Source: Bacillota bacterium (lineage in GTDB: Bacteria; Bacillota_I; Bacilli_A; Izemoplasmatales; Hujiaoplasmataceae). Taken from it: 64,000 nt of DNA. The translations under genes were made by a program, and so were the position numbers. Shown in pieces: positions 9,221-18,211 of this stretch. Location of the stretch: the NCBI GenBank assembly GCA_018816905.1, contig JAHIVB010000013.1:108880-172879 (forward strand), given 5' to 3'. Under the pieces are notes generated by a model. The model saw only the letters and a list, made by a program, of their open reading frames with translations, did not search any database and was not told the DNA's origin. Every line of letters begins with the position of its first letter. Position 1 is the first letter of the stretch.

Positions 9221-12064
9221 TTATATTTTTGGTTTCCTAAAGAAACGTAAGCCCAAGAATATTGCTCCGGAAAGGAAAGCGACTCCGCCGGTAATTCCAC
9301 CAATAATCCTTCCTACTACCGAGGTGGGTTCATCAGGATCGTCGATTGGGTCGACAATTGGATCGTCGTCTGGATCATCGTCAGGATCATCGTCCGGATC
9401 ATCGATTGGATCGACAATTGGATCATCTGGTGTTGTATCAACGATTGACACATGAATCAGTTCGGAAAACATGGTGTATGATTGTCCGTTTGGTAAAATG
9501 GTATTAAATGATGCTAATAAATACTCATCCCCCACAGACTCATAGGAAGTGATATTGCTCAGTTCATCTAATGTCAAGTTTGTACTTCCGTCACCAATTC
9601 TCATGATTTCAGGAACAATGTCATAAGTTAAACCAAGTTGAGTTTCAATTTGACCCCTGATAGAGAAAGACTGAGGTTGATATATATCAAGTTCAATTTC
9701 TGTTGTATTCGCTGTCAATCTGTTAAATGTATTTTTTAAGAAATCGCTGTAATTCGTCGTTAGTCCACCAACTCCATACATATAATACTCGTAGAAATCA
9801 GCGCTTGAATTCATTGTCCAAGGCCAAACAGAAAGTCCTCTATAGTTCATTTGAAGAATAAATTCGTCTGTGAGTTGAGAGAATTCTGGATTGATGGTTG
9901 TTTGCATTGGTACAACGGCATTCAGTGTGGCACGAATGCTCGCTTCCAAATTGTCCGCACTCAATAATGCGGTTGATAAATATCCAGCTGATATTTCAGG
10001 TAATACCAAATTCATCTCAGCAATTTGATTAGCGATAAAAGTAATTACAACGATCTGGCTTGAGACTTCATATTCATCAATCAGTTCTTTCAAACGCGTT
10101 ACAATCGCTGTTTGAGAACTTTTGATTTCAATGAACAAAATCGTGTTTGTACCTTGAATGTTTTCAAAATACTCATTCAAAGTCGGAATTCTCATCGTTT
10201 CTTCAATCTCATAATTGTCCAGTAATTCAAGTGCCCTCAACTGAGCCAAAGTAGATTCTTCTACTATCAAAGAACCATTGGCAGTTCTTGTTGTTGAAGA
10301 GTCATGAATAACAACAATTTCATTATCGGTTGTTAAGTGAATGTCAAGTTCTACGACATCTGCATTGGCTTCCATCGCAAACTGCATGCTTGGTAAAGAG
10401 TTTTCCGGTGCAAGGTAAGGCAACCCACGGTGTCCTATTGACAAAGGTCTTCTAAGTAGAGTGTTTTCCGGGAACATCATCAACAAATCATAATAACTTG
10501 TCAAATCATCCAATACCATCCCGTTTACCCCTGAAACCAATGCTTGAACGACACTTGAATATTCTTCGTTTGCAACATCAGACCAAACACTGACAAGTCT
10601 TTTTTGAAGATAAAATACATTTGTTTTATTTGTATATTCAATTGGTAACATCGCCACAATAGCACCTGAAGCGTTGGTTTCATCACGAATCAAGAGTAAG
10701 TCTTCCTCAGTTAATACTGGTTTTGAAGAATCATAAGTAATTTCATAGACGCCACGAATCATATTGTATTCACTTCTTGCATCACGAATCGCATTGTCGT
10801 TAGGTGAAATCATAAAAGAGTCACGAACACCATATCCTTTTAGTAAAGTCGCAACCGCGACTGCCGTATCCGTAAACTTTGTATAGAAAGCAGGAATGAC
10901 TCTCGCACCAACATATTCAAAGATATCTTGGATTTCCATGAAAGGTAATCCGCTAGAATCGGTTACTTGAAGGTTTGCATTGATTCTAAAGACGGCGGTT
11001 TGAGGTCTTATTTCTTCTGCCAATGCTTCAAGGTCCTCTAAAGAGTTCATCATTTTGACTGCGCCTGCAGGCATGATGACGTTAGACTCAGGTACATAAA
11101 GACTTGGAATTGCAGAATAATCTGTCGTCGTGTTATCAATATAAGATTCAGGCATCGTCACAACGATGTTGTTGAAGATGGCTTTTGAACCACTGGATTG
11201 AAATCCGATTAATCCATTGGAATAATCATTCGCATTCTCGTAAGTAATTAATAATTCGTCGTTGATATATTCATTGACGACGGAACCGAAAAGATCGATT
11301 TTTAATCTATAAATCGATGCAGGATTGATGGATTCGCTGTAAGCTGTTGTGACTGGAACATTCCAGTTGCCGTTGATTGCTTTTGCAAATTCAACGCCGT
11401 TTGTCGCAGTCGCGCCTTGTCTAATAGCCATTTGGAAATAATTGTTTGGGCTGAATCGATACATGACGGAAGCCCATCTTGTCGATTCAACGGTAGAAAG
11501 AATCGTAAAGTCTGTTTCTATGATATAGTTTTTGAAACCTTGAAGATAGTTTGGCAAAGTGACTTGAGTAGGCGATCCCGTCGCAGGTGAATCCAAATAG
11601 AGGTATCCACTCTCAATCCCCGCTGAACCTTTGACAAGATTATAATCAGCAGGAATGTCTCCGTCAGCTACAGATGTAAAACTAGCCTCATATATAATGT
11701 AATCCGTTTCCAAAGAATCTTTTGCAAAAACGTAAATGACTACAGTTTCAGTACCTAATGTCAATCTAAAAGTATGAATTCCTTTTTGACTAACCAAAAG
11801 AATTCCTTCTGTAATCGTTAAAAAAGCAGAAGGGTCAGAAAACGTTCCTTCTGTCAATGCGACTTTTCCCATCAAGGAATTGTACTGTATTTCACTTAGA
11901 TCAACAGACTCCCCTTGATTAACGAAAAGATAAGGCCTTAGCTCGTATAGTAGAGTCACTTCCTCTTCTCCTTCCGCATATACTATGACGTTTGTATTTT
12001 GAATGAATGAAAATGCTGAAAAAGCTAATAGTGCAAATATGAAAATCAATTGAATCCTTTTCAT
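9221..12064 (-). CDS. secreted, membrane-anchored glycerophosphodiester phosphodiesterase with N-terminal LamG-like jelly-roll domain and C-terminal acidic DP-repeat
   Basis: Start is MKRIQLIFIFALLAFSAFS (RBS GGAGG; ATG ending 12064). GDPD catalytic motif is HRG..ENS..E.D...T.D at IGHRGLPYLAPENSLPSMQFAMEANADVVELDIHLTTDNEIVVIHD. The C-terminus has the DDPIVDPIDDPDDDPDDDPDDD repeat followed by a hydrophobic anchor. Confidence 0.8.
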   Translation of the reverse strand: MKRIQLIFIFALLAFSAFSFIQNTNVIVYAEGEEEVTLLYELRPYLFVNQGESVDLSEIQYNSLMGKVALTEGTFSDPSAFLTITEGILLVSQKGIHTFRLTLGTETVVIYVFAKDSLETDYIIYEASFTSVADGDIPADYNLVKGSAGIESGYLYLDSPATGSPTQVTLPNYLQGFKNYIIETDFTILSTVESTRWASVMYRFSPNNYFQMAIRQGATATNGVEFAKAINGNWNVPVTTAYSESINPASIYRLKIDLFGSVVNEYINDELLITYENANDYSNGLIGFQSSGSKAIFNNIVVTMPESYIDNTTTDYSAIPSLYVPESNVIMPAGAVKMMNSLEDLEALAEEIRPQTAVFRINANLQVTDSSGLPFMEIQDIFEYVGARVIPAFYTKFTDTAVAVATLLKGYGVRDSFMISPNDNAIRDARSEYNMIRGVYEITYDSSKPVLTEEDLLLIRDETNASGAIVAMLPIEYTNKTNVFYLQKRLVSVWSDVANEEYSSVVQALVSGVNGMVLDDLTSYYDLLMMFPENTLLRRPLSIGHRGLPYLAPENSLPSMQFAMEANADVVELDIHLTTDNEIVVIHDSSTTRTANGSLIVEESTLAQLRALELLDNYEIEETMRIPTLNEYFENIQGTNTILFIEIKSSQTAIVTRLKELIDEYEVSSQIVVITFIANQIAEMNLVLPEISAGYLSTALLSADNLEASIRATLNAVVPMQTTINPEFSQLTDEFILQMNYRGLSVWPWTMNSSADFYEYYMYGVGGLTTNYSDFLKNTFNRLTANTTEIELDIYQPQSFSIRGQIETQLGLTYDIVPEIMRIGDGSTNLTLDELSNITSYESVGDEYLLASFNTILPNGQSYTMFSELIHVSIVDTTPDDPIVDPIDDPDDDPDDDPDDDPIVDPIDDPDEPTSVVGRIIGGITGGVAFLSGAIFLGLRFFRKPKI
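9336..9432 (-). repeat. near-perfect tandem DNA repeats encoding acidic (D-P/I-V-D-P) repeat
   Basis: GGATCGTCGATTGGGTCGACAATTGGATC-like units are repeated directly. This region is a candidate for slipped-strand length variation. Confidence 0.7.
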
Positions 12065-12086
12065 ATAAACCTCCAATGAAATTAAT

Positions 12087-12106
12087 TTAGGAAACCGATT
12101 TCCTAA
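12087..12106 (-). promoter_or_regulatory. perfect palindrome TTAGGAAAccgaTTTCCTAA in 5' UTR of the surface operon
   Basis: Lies between the -10 element and the RBS. It is a candidate operator or RNA hairpin. Confidence 0.3.
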
Positions 12107-12110
12107 TTAC

Positions 12111-12140
12111 ATTATAATTAAAACACCAGTAAAATGTCAA
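12111..12140 (-). promoter_or_regulatory. consensus sigma-A promoter for the GDPD/giant-lipoprotein operon
   Basis: Minus-strand TTGACA (12140-12135), an 18-nt spacer, then TATAAT (12116-12111). Confidence 0.65.
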
Positions 12141-12158
12141 GTGGTTTCTTCAAAAATC

Positions 12159-12172
12159 TGAAAACGTTTTCC
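12159..12172 (-). promoter_or_regulatory. cre-like / LacI-family operator palindrome TGAAAACGTTTTCC
   Basis: Matches TGWAANCGNTNWCA at 13 of 14 positions and lies about 20 nt upstream of the -35. A LacI-family regulator gene sits directly downstream of the operon. Confidence 0.35.
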
Positions 12173-12232
12173 ACTTTTCAATAATAATAAAAATTGCTCA
12201 CATAAGATGCAAGCAATTGTATTACTCTTTCA

Positions 12233-12964
12233 TTAATCAATGATGGCTAGAACTGGGTAATGATCGGACAAACAGATAGGATCTGTGGTGCTTTGGTCTA
12301 TGAATACTTGATGAAAACGAATTTTTTTTCTACCGTAGATGAAATCAATCGGTGATCCTGTCGTATTTTTGGTGAATGCATGAAAAGAGGCTTGTTTATT
12401 GATTGTCTCATCGTAAGGAAGAATCCATCCATTTTCTCTAAGAAATAAATCCACAATACTATGAGGAGGACAGTTGAAATCACCCATCAATACAGATGAA
12501 TCCGATAGGTTGTTTAATTCATTCACTAAGACTTTCATTTGCTTGAATGCAACCTCTACTGATAGATAGTCTAAATGAGTATTGATGAAATCATATGTTT
12601 TTCCCTGAATTTCAAAACGACCCATGGTGGCAATTCTAGGAAAGGCAGATTCTTGAAATTTAGATGTTCTTCTTGGAGTATCCGATAGCCAAATCGTATC
12701 GGTTTTCAAGCATTTAGCTTTTGTCTTCAAATATAAAATGGCCGAATACTCTGTCCCTTCTTCTCTAGGCAGTCCGATGAATTGATACATTGGCAAAAAA
12801 GACATCAACTCATCTAACATGTGTTGATTCGCTTCTTGAATACCTAAAACGACGGGCAATTCTTTCTTGATGTATTCTGATATTGCCTGTTTTCGATAAG
12901 GCCACCCGTTTTCTTTGTCGACGGGAACATCGATTCTTACATTAAAAGTCATAATTTTAAACAT
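12233..12964 (-). CDS. endonuclease/exonuclease/phosphatase (EEP) family protein
   Basis: The N-terminal MTFNVR motif and scattered D/H/E catalytic residues are typical of EEP hydrolases; 243 aa. Confidence 0.65.
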   Translation of the reverse strand: MFKIMTFNVRIDVPVDKENGWPYRKQAISEYIKKELPVVLGIQEANQHMLDELMSFLPMYQFIGLPREEGTEYSAILYLKTKAKCLKTDTIWLSDTPRRTSKFQESAFPRIATMGRFEIQGKTYDFINTHLDYLSVEVAFKQMKVLVNELNNLSDSSVLMGDFNCPPHSIVDLFLRENGWILPYDETINKQASFHAFTKNTTGSPIDFIYGRKKIRFHQVFIDQSTTDPICLSDHYPVLAIID

Positions 12965-12984
12965 AGGCTCTCCTCTTCTTTTTT

Positions 12985-13013
12985 TGAAAGAAAAACCTCA
13001 AAAATGAGGTTTT
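12985..13013 (-). terminator. intrinsic terminator at end of buk operon
   Basis: AACCTCA-aaaa-TGAGGTT hairpin followed on the minus strand by a T-rich run. It overlaps the buk stop. Confidence 0.65.
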
Positions 13014-14082
13014 AATAGACTTGAAGTTTTTCTTGTTTTTGTAGAACCGAAAGAGTTCCTTCAGCCAAAGCACGCATTTCATCTTCACCGGGATAAACGG
13101 TAATCGGTTTGATTGGATCGATGGCATCTTTTAAATACTGAATGAACCTTTTACTATATGCAAGACCTCCGGTAATTAGAATTCCATCAATTTTACCCTC
13201 AGCCGCAAAATAAAGGCTTCCGATTTCCTTGATGACATTATAAGCCATCGCATGAAAATAGAATTCTGCTTTTTCGTCTCCGTTTTTAATTCTATTTTCA
13301 ATCTCTTGACCATTCGAAGTATCAAGATAGGATACAAGTCCACCTTTTCCAACTAACATTTTTTGAATTTCTGATTTGTTGAAATCGTTTGAAAAACATA
13401 AATCGATGAGTGGATAGGTTGGAAGCTGGCCGCATCTCTCAGGTGAGAAAGGACCATCGCCACCTAAAGCATTGTTGACATCGACGACTTTTCCTTTTTT
13501 ATGGAGTCCGACACTGATTCCGCCACCGAGGTGACAAACAATCAAATTCAAGTCTTCATAATTTTTGTTCAATACCTTTGCATGCCTTCTGGCAATCGCT
13601 TTTTGGTTGAGAACGTGGAAAATGCTTACTCGATCAATACCACCCAGTCCAGACACTTTGGCAATGTCTTCCATTTCGTCAACACATACCGGATTAACGA
13701 TATAAGCGGGTCGGTTCAGCGGAGAAGCAAGTTCATGGGCAATCAATGCGCCTAAATTTGATGCATGTTCTCCATACCTAGCACTTCGAAGATCATCCAA
13801 CATTTCCTTGTTGACAAGATACGTTCCTCCTTGTTTTAAAGAACGCAACATTCCGCCTCTGCCGATGAATACATCAATGTTTTCCGGAACGTAGTGATGA
13901 AGTTCTAGAAATTCAATGATGATTCTTTTTCTGAATTCAAGTTGGTCAGCGACCGATTTATATTTACTTAATTCTTTCACACTATGTTTTAAGACTGAAT
14001 CCTGAATCAATTTGTCGTTGATAAAGACTGCAACTTTTGTTGAAGTCGATCCGGGATTAATGACTAGAAGCAAGTAATCCAT
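13012..14082 (-). CDS. buk: butyrate kinase (branched-chain fatty acid kinase)
   Basis: N-terminus LLLVINPGSTSTKVAVF, an ASKHP-fold acetate/butyrate kinase signature; 356 aa. Confidence 0.9.
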   Translation of the reverse strand: MDYLLLVINPGSTSTKVAVFINDKLIQDSVLKHSVKELSKYKSVADQLEFRKRIIIEFLELHHYVPENIDVFIGRGGMLRSLKQGGTYLVNKEMLDDLRSARYGEHASNLGALIAHELASPLNRPAYIVNPVCVDEMEDIAKVSGLGGIDRVSIFHVLNQKAIARRHAKVLNKNYEDLNLIVCHLGGGISVGLHKKGKVVDVNNALGGDGPFSPERCGQLPTYPLIDLCFSNDFNKSEIQKMLVGKGGLVSYLDTSNGQEIENRIKNGDEKAEFYFHAMAYNVIKEIGSLYFAAEGKIDGILITGGLAYSKRFIQYLKDAIDPIKPITVYPGEDEMRALAEGTLSVLQKQEKLQVY

Positions 14083-14968
14083 CTTGATTCACCACCGCTA
14101 ATAGAATTGAGTTGAGTTTTGCTTCCATGTTGTCCGCTCTTGAAGTAACAACGATTGGAACTTTTGCACCGATGATGAGTCCAGCTGATTTTCCTTGAGC
14201 AAGAAACACACAGGTTTTATAAAATATGTTGCCTCCGTCCAGGTTAGGAAATACCAGAATGTCGGCCTTCCCAGCGACTGGACTATGAATTCCTTTATGA
14301 ATCACTGATTCCATGGATACTAAATTATCGACTGCAAAGGGACCATCAATTTCAAAGTCGATTTCTTGATTTTTGAAGTGTTCAAGAATCGCTTCAGCAT
14401 CCAAGGTTGACGCAATCTTTGGATTCACTTTTTCAACACTCGAGACAATTCCGACCAAAGGTCTTTGATAACCAAGTGTATGAGAAAGACCTACTGCATT
14501 TTCGACAATCGCTATTTTTTCTTCAACAGAAGGTTGGATCATCATCGCACCGTCTGTCGCAAATAATATTCGATCAAATCCAGGGATTTCTACGATTCCG
14601 ACATGTGTCAGATATTTTTTGCTTTTAATTCCATATTCATTGTTAACGACGCCTTTCAAAAGATATTTAGTGTCAATCAAACCTTTCATGACAATATCTG
14701 CTTTTCCAGCATTAACTAGATCCATCGCAATTTTGGTCGCTTTTGTCGGATCCAATTCGTCGATTACTTTAAAGTTTTTTAAATTGTATTCTTGACACAT
14801 CTGCTCAATCAATGGACCGTCACCAATCAAAATCGGGTCAATGCATTTCCATGACTCAGTTTGAGAAATGGCATCGATGACGACATTGTCATGGGCAAAA
14901 ACGACAACCATTTTGAAGGTCTTACCTTTTTGCAGCAATTGCCTTAAGTCACTGATTTTTTTAAGCAT
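14057..14968 (-). CDS. ptb: phosphate butyryltransferase (phosphotransacylase)
   Basis: PTA/PTB family, 303 aa. It overlaps buk by 26 nt and sits in the classic ptb-buk arrangement. Confidence 0.85.
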   Translation of the reverse strand: MLKKISDLRQLLQKGKTFKMVVVFAHDNVVIDAISQTESWKCIDPILIGDGPLIEQMCQEYNLKNFKVIDELDPTKATKIAMDLVNAGKADIVMKGLIDTKYLLKGVVNNEYGIKSKKYLTHVGIVEIPGFDRILFATDGAMMIQPSVEEKIAIVENAVGLSHTLGYQRPLVGIVSSVEKVNPKIASTLDAEAILEHFKNQEIDFEIDGPFAVDNLVSMESVIHKGIHSPVAGKADILVFPNLDGGNIFYKTCVFLAQGKSAGLIIGAKVPIVVTSRADNMEAKLNSILLAVVNQDGLLASSH

Positions 14969-15554
14969 AGGTCACTCCTGCTTCTAAGACATACTCCCTA
15001 CCTTTACGCAAGGCTTCCATATTGATGTCAAGCATATGAGCTTTCTTCTCACCTAAATACTTGATGAGGACTTTTTCAATTGTCGATTCCACAAATAGAT
15101 TCGTCAATTCAAGATAGGCCCCCATCATGACAATATTGGAGACTTGAATAGAACCAAGGTCGGTTGCGATATCATTGATAGGTATGCCAATGCAAATTGC
15201 TTTGTCCGATGTTACTTGGTCCTTAATGAGTGAAGAATTGTATAAGATAAGCCCTCCATCTTTCATTTTGTCATGGAACTTTTGTAAAGAAGGCAGATTG
15301 AATGCAATTAAATGATTTGCACTCTGAAAAACTGGTGAATTGATCTGTTTTTTTGAAACGATGACACTACAATTCGCTGTTCCACCGCGAGTCTCTGGGC
15401 CATAAGAAGGAAACCAAAGACCGAATAGTTCTTCATATGCAGCACTATATGCGATTAGCTGACCAAACATCATCACGCCTTGTCCGCCAAATCCAGCTAC
15501 TTTAATATTCACATGATCAAACATTTTTTTCACCTGCATCTTTGAAGACGCCAA
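14961..15554 (-). CDS. 2-oxoacid:ferredoxin oxidoreductase gamma subunit
   Basis: GFGGQGV motif and about 197 aa. Start overlaps ptb end. Confidence 0.8.
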   Translation of the reverse strand: MASSKMQVKKMFDHVNIKVAGFGGQGVMMFGQLIAYSAAYEELFGLWFPSYGPETRGGTANCSVIVSKKQINSPVFQSANHLIAFNLPSLQKFHDKMKDGGLILYNSSLIKDQVTSDKAICIGIPINDIATDLGSIQVSNIVMMGAYLELTNLFVESTIEKVLIKYLGEKKAHMLDINMEALRKGREYVLEAGVTYA

Positions 15555-16266
15555 GCGGAAATACTGGAACCATGTTAGACTCTACCCATTTCAAAGCATC
15601 CACTGGAGTCATTCCCCAGTTTACAGGACAAGTCGATAATACTTCGATTAGTGTAAATCCTCGTTTTTCCTTTTGATAGGTAAATGCTTTTTTGATTGCT
15701 TTCTTTGCTTTTATCAATTGTTTTGGGTTGGTAACACTAACTCTTTCAAGATAAGCTACACCGTCAATTTGAGAGAATATTTCACTGATTTTTATCGGGC
15801 TTCCAGTTAAAACTTGGTTTCTGCCATCTTGAGAAGTCGTTGTTCTTTGTCCAATCAAAGTCGTAGGTGCCATTTGGCCACCGGTCATTCCATAAATTGC
15901 ATTATTGATAAATATGACGGTAATGTTTTCGCCACGGTTTGCCGCGTGAATTGTTTCCGCAATCCCTATTGAGGCCAAATCCCCATCTCCTTGGTATGTG
16001 AAAACAATGTTATCCGGACGCACTCTTTTAATTCCAGTTGCTTCTGCACAGGCACGACCATGAGGCGCTTGTTGCATGTCACAATTAAAGAATTCATAGG
16101 AGAATACAGAACATCCAACGCTTGCAACTCCAATTGCATCTCCAATCATTCCAAGTTCTTCTAAAGTTTCTCCGACAAGTTTATGTACGATACCGTGTGT
16201 ACATCCTGGACAATAAGAAAGTTTTTTGTCTGTCAAGCCTTTTGTTTTTTGGTATTTGACTTCCAT
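15517..16266 (-). CDS. 2-oxoacid:ferredoxin oxidoreductase beta subunit (TPP-binding)
   Basis: CPGCTHG Fe-S/TPP motif and GDGD TPP-binding fingerprint. Confidence 0.85.
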   Translation of the reverse strand: MEVKYQKTKGLTDKKLSYCPGCTHGIVHKLVGETLEELGMIGDAIGVASVGCSVFSYEFFNCDMQQAPHGRACAEATGIKRVRPDNIVFTYQGDGDLASIGIAETIHAANRGENITVIFINNAIYGMTGGQMAPTTLIGQRTTTSQDGRNQVLTGSPIKISEIFSQIDGVAYLERVSVTNPKQLIKAKKAIKKAFTYQKEKRGFTLIEVLSTCPVNWGMTPVDALKWVESNMVPVFPLGVFKDAGEKNV

Positions 16267-16267
16267 A

Positions 16268-17335
16268 TTACTTCACCACCTTGTCTTTGAAATTTTTGAT
16301 TGCGTCAACGATTTCCTCTGGTTCTGGAACCATTCCGCCGACACGACCGTAAAATCCAATTTCATGGCGACCTTTATCGGATATCATGACGTCATCGAGC
16401 ATTTGTCCCATGCTCATTTCTGCACATAGAATTCCTTTGACACCACTAGGTATTTCATTGAAAGCTGCTTTTGGATAGGGCCATAAGGAGATTGGACGAA
16501 TCATACCGACTTCGATGCCTTCTTCTTTTAGCGATTCAATTGCTGATCTACAAATTCGAGACATGGTTCCATAAGCAACAATCACATATTCCGGGTTTTC
16601 CATGTTAATCATTTCATATTTTGTTTCATTATTTTTTATTTGTTGATACTTCTTTTGAAGTTGTAAGTTGTGTTGTTCAAGCTCAACTGGATCTAAAAAT
16701 AATGAATTGACGATATTTCTTCCAGGGTGGTTCGCTGTACCTGTCGTCGCATAATCTTTTGCAGGAATGAATCTCTTTTTTACAGGTTTTTCAAAATCAA
16801 CGGTTTCCATCATTTGGCCAATCAGTCCATCAACCAAAACAAGGACTGGATTTCTATAATAATCTGCAATGTCAAAAGACTCTTTCATGATGTCAATCGT
16901 CTCTTGAATGGTTTCAGGGGCATACACAATTAATTGATAATCCCCGTTTCCTCCACCTCTAGTTGCTTGATAGTAATCAGCTTGAGATGGTTGAATTCCT
17001 CCAAGTCCCGGGCCTCCACGCATAACCGAAACGATGACACACGGAAGTTCAGCTCCAGCAATATAAGAAATTCCTTCTTGTTTTAGTGCAATACCAGGTG
17101 AAGATGAAGAGGTCATGACTCTTGCCCCAGCACCAGCAGCTCCATACACCATGTTGATTGCCGCGACTTCAGACTCCGCTTGAACGAAGACTTTCCCTGC
17201 CGCAAGTAGATGTTTCGATAAATACTCAGGTATTTCGTTTTGTGGTGTAATTGGATATCCGAAGAATGCGTCGACTCCCCCTTTGAGAGCAGCTACTGCT
17301 ATTGCTTCGTTTCCTTTCATCAATACTTTAGCCAT
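16268..17335 (-). CDS. 2-oxoacid:ferredoxin oxidoreductase alpha subunit
   Basis: 355 aa with POR/VOR alpha-like domains. Immediately follows the delta-subunit gene. Confidence 0.85.
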   Translation of the reverse strand: MAKVLMKGNEAIAVAALKGGVDAFFGYPITPQNEIPEYLSKHLLAAGKVFVQAESEVAAINMVYGAAGAGARVMTSSSSPGIALKQEGISYIAGAELPCVIVSVMRGGPGLGGIQPSQADYYQATRGGGNGDYQLIVYAPETIQETIDIMKESFDIADYYRNPVLVLVDGLIGQMMETVDFEKPVKKRFIPAKDYATTGTANHPGRNIVNSLFLDPVELEQHNLQLQKKYQQIKNNETKYEMINMENPEYVIVAYGTMSRICRSAIESLKEEGIEVGMIRPISLWPYPKAAFNEIPSGVKGILCAEMSMGQMLDDVMISDKGRHEIGFYGRVGGMVPEPEEIVDAIKNFKDKVVK

Positions 17336-17553
17336 TATTTGTCCACCTCCACTTTGATGACTGAATCAGGACACATCATTGCACAGAAAGCGCATCCGAT
17401 GCACTTTTCCGGTTCGCTCACTCTAATGATGTTATATCCAGATTTGTTAATCGTAGTCTTGTCCTGATATAAAATGTGTTGTGGACAAAACGAAACGCAA
17501 AGAGAACATCCTTTGCACATGTCTTCTTCAAAATAAACTTTACCTTTTGGCAT
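17335..17553 (-). CDS. 2-oxoacid:ferredoxin oxidoreductase delta subunit (2x[4Fe-4S] ferredoxin)
   Basis: Two CxxCxxCxxxCP motifs in 72 aa. Confidence 0.8.
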   Translation of the reverse strand: MPKGKVYFEEDMCKGCSLCVSFCPQHILYQDKTTINKSGYNIIRVSEPEKCIGCAFCAMMCPDSVIKVEVDK

Positions 17554-17563
17554 GTCTTCCTCC

Positions 17564-18211
17564 TTAAAACCATTTTTTTCTTAAATAGATTTGAAGAGGT
17601 AGTAACTCCCCTTCAAATCCATGCTGCTCGCCTACAAGTCTTTGTGAAATGCAGGTATATACGATCGGAAGATTCAATTCATTTGAAACTTCCTTGAGAA
17701 TTAATTCGCCTTCATAAACGTATTGAATCGTCGTTTCTTTGAGAAGATTAGAATTATTGATTAATCCGGTGACATCTCTTCCACTCGAAACTTGAATCTT
17801 TTTTATCAAAGAAATGATTTCTTCTTTGGTCTGTGTTTCTGGTCGAAACACGTTGACCACAAGATATAAATCAATCTCATTCTCGTATTCTTCAAACTGT
17901 CTTAATAATTTGGCTCCTAGATCGTTTCCTCCAAGATCGTAAATTGCCCTGACGTCTTCCTTTTGAAAAGGTAGAAAGACGCGGCCGGATATGTAGGGAA
18001 GATCTGTGAATTTACTATGCTCTTTATCGCTTGAAATGACGTCAATGTTGTTTGTTTTCAGAAGCTCCTCTGATTCTCTGCTTCTAAAATAAGGATTGAT
18101 CACATCCAAGTCGACGACATAGTCCACTTTTTCTTTGATTGCCAGATTAAGAGCAATCTCAGTTTTCCCCGATCCGTAGTATCCTGTCAAAAACAATAAT
18201 CTTTTCATCAT
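17564..18211 (-). CDS. uncharacterised P-loop NTPase embedded in the BCAA-fermentation operon
   Basis: Walker A motif GYYGSGKT. No recognisable catalytic family. It is tightly packed between the ldh and vor genes. Confidence 0.55.
   Translation of the reverse strand: MMKRLLFLTGYYGSGKTEIALNLAIKEKVDYVVDLDVINPYFRSRESEELLKTNNIDVISSDKEHSKFTDLPYISGRVFLPFQKEDVRAIYDLGGNDLGAKLLRQFEEYENEIDLYLVVNVFRPETQTKEEIISLIKKIQVSSGRDVTGLINNSNLLKETTIQYVYEGELILKEVSNELNLPIVYTCISQRLVGEQHGFEGELLPLQIYLRKKWF

Noticed and set aside
9196-9303. N-terminal 36-codon extension of the giant ORF (MVELPAESL…) proposed by the ORF track
   Set aside because: It overlaps the 3' end of the upstream GDPD gene and lacks an RBS. The ATG at 9195 has AGGAGG at ideal spacing and begins a lipoprotein signal peptide.
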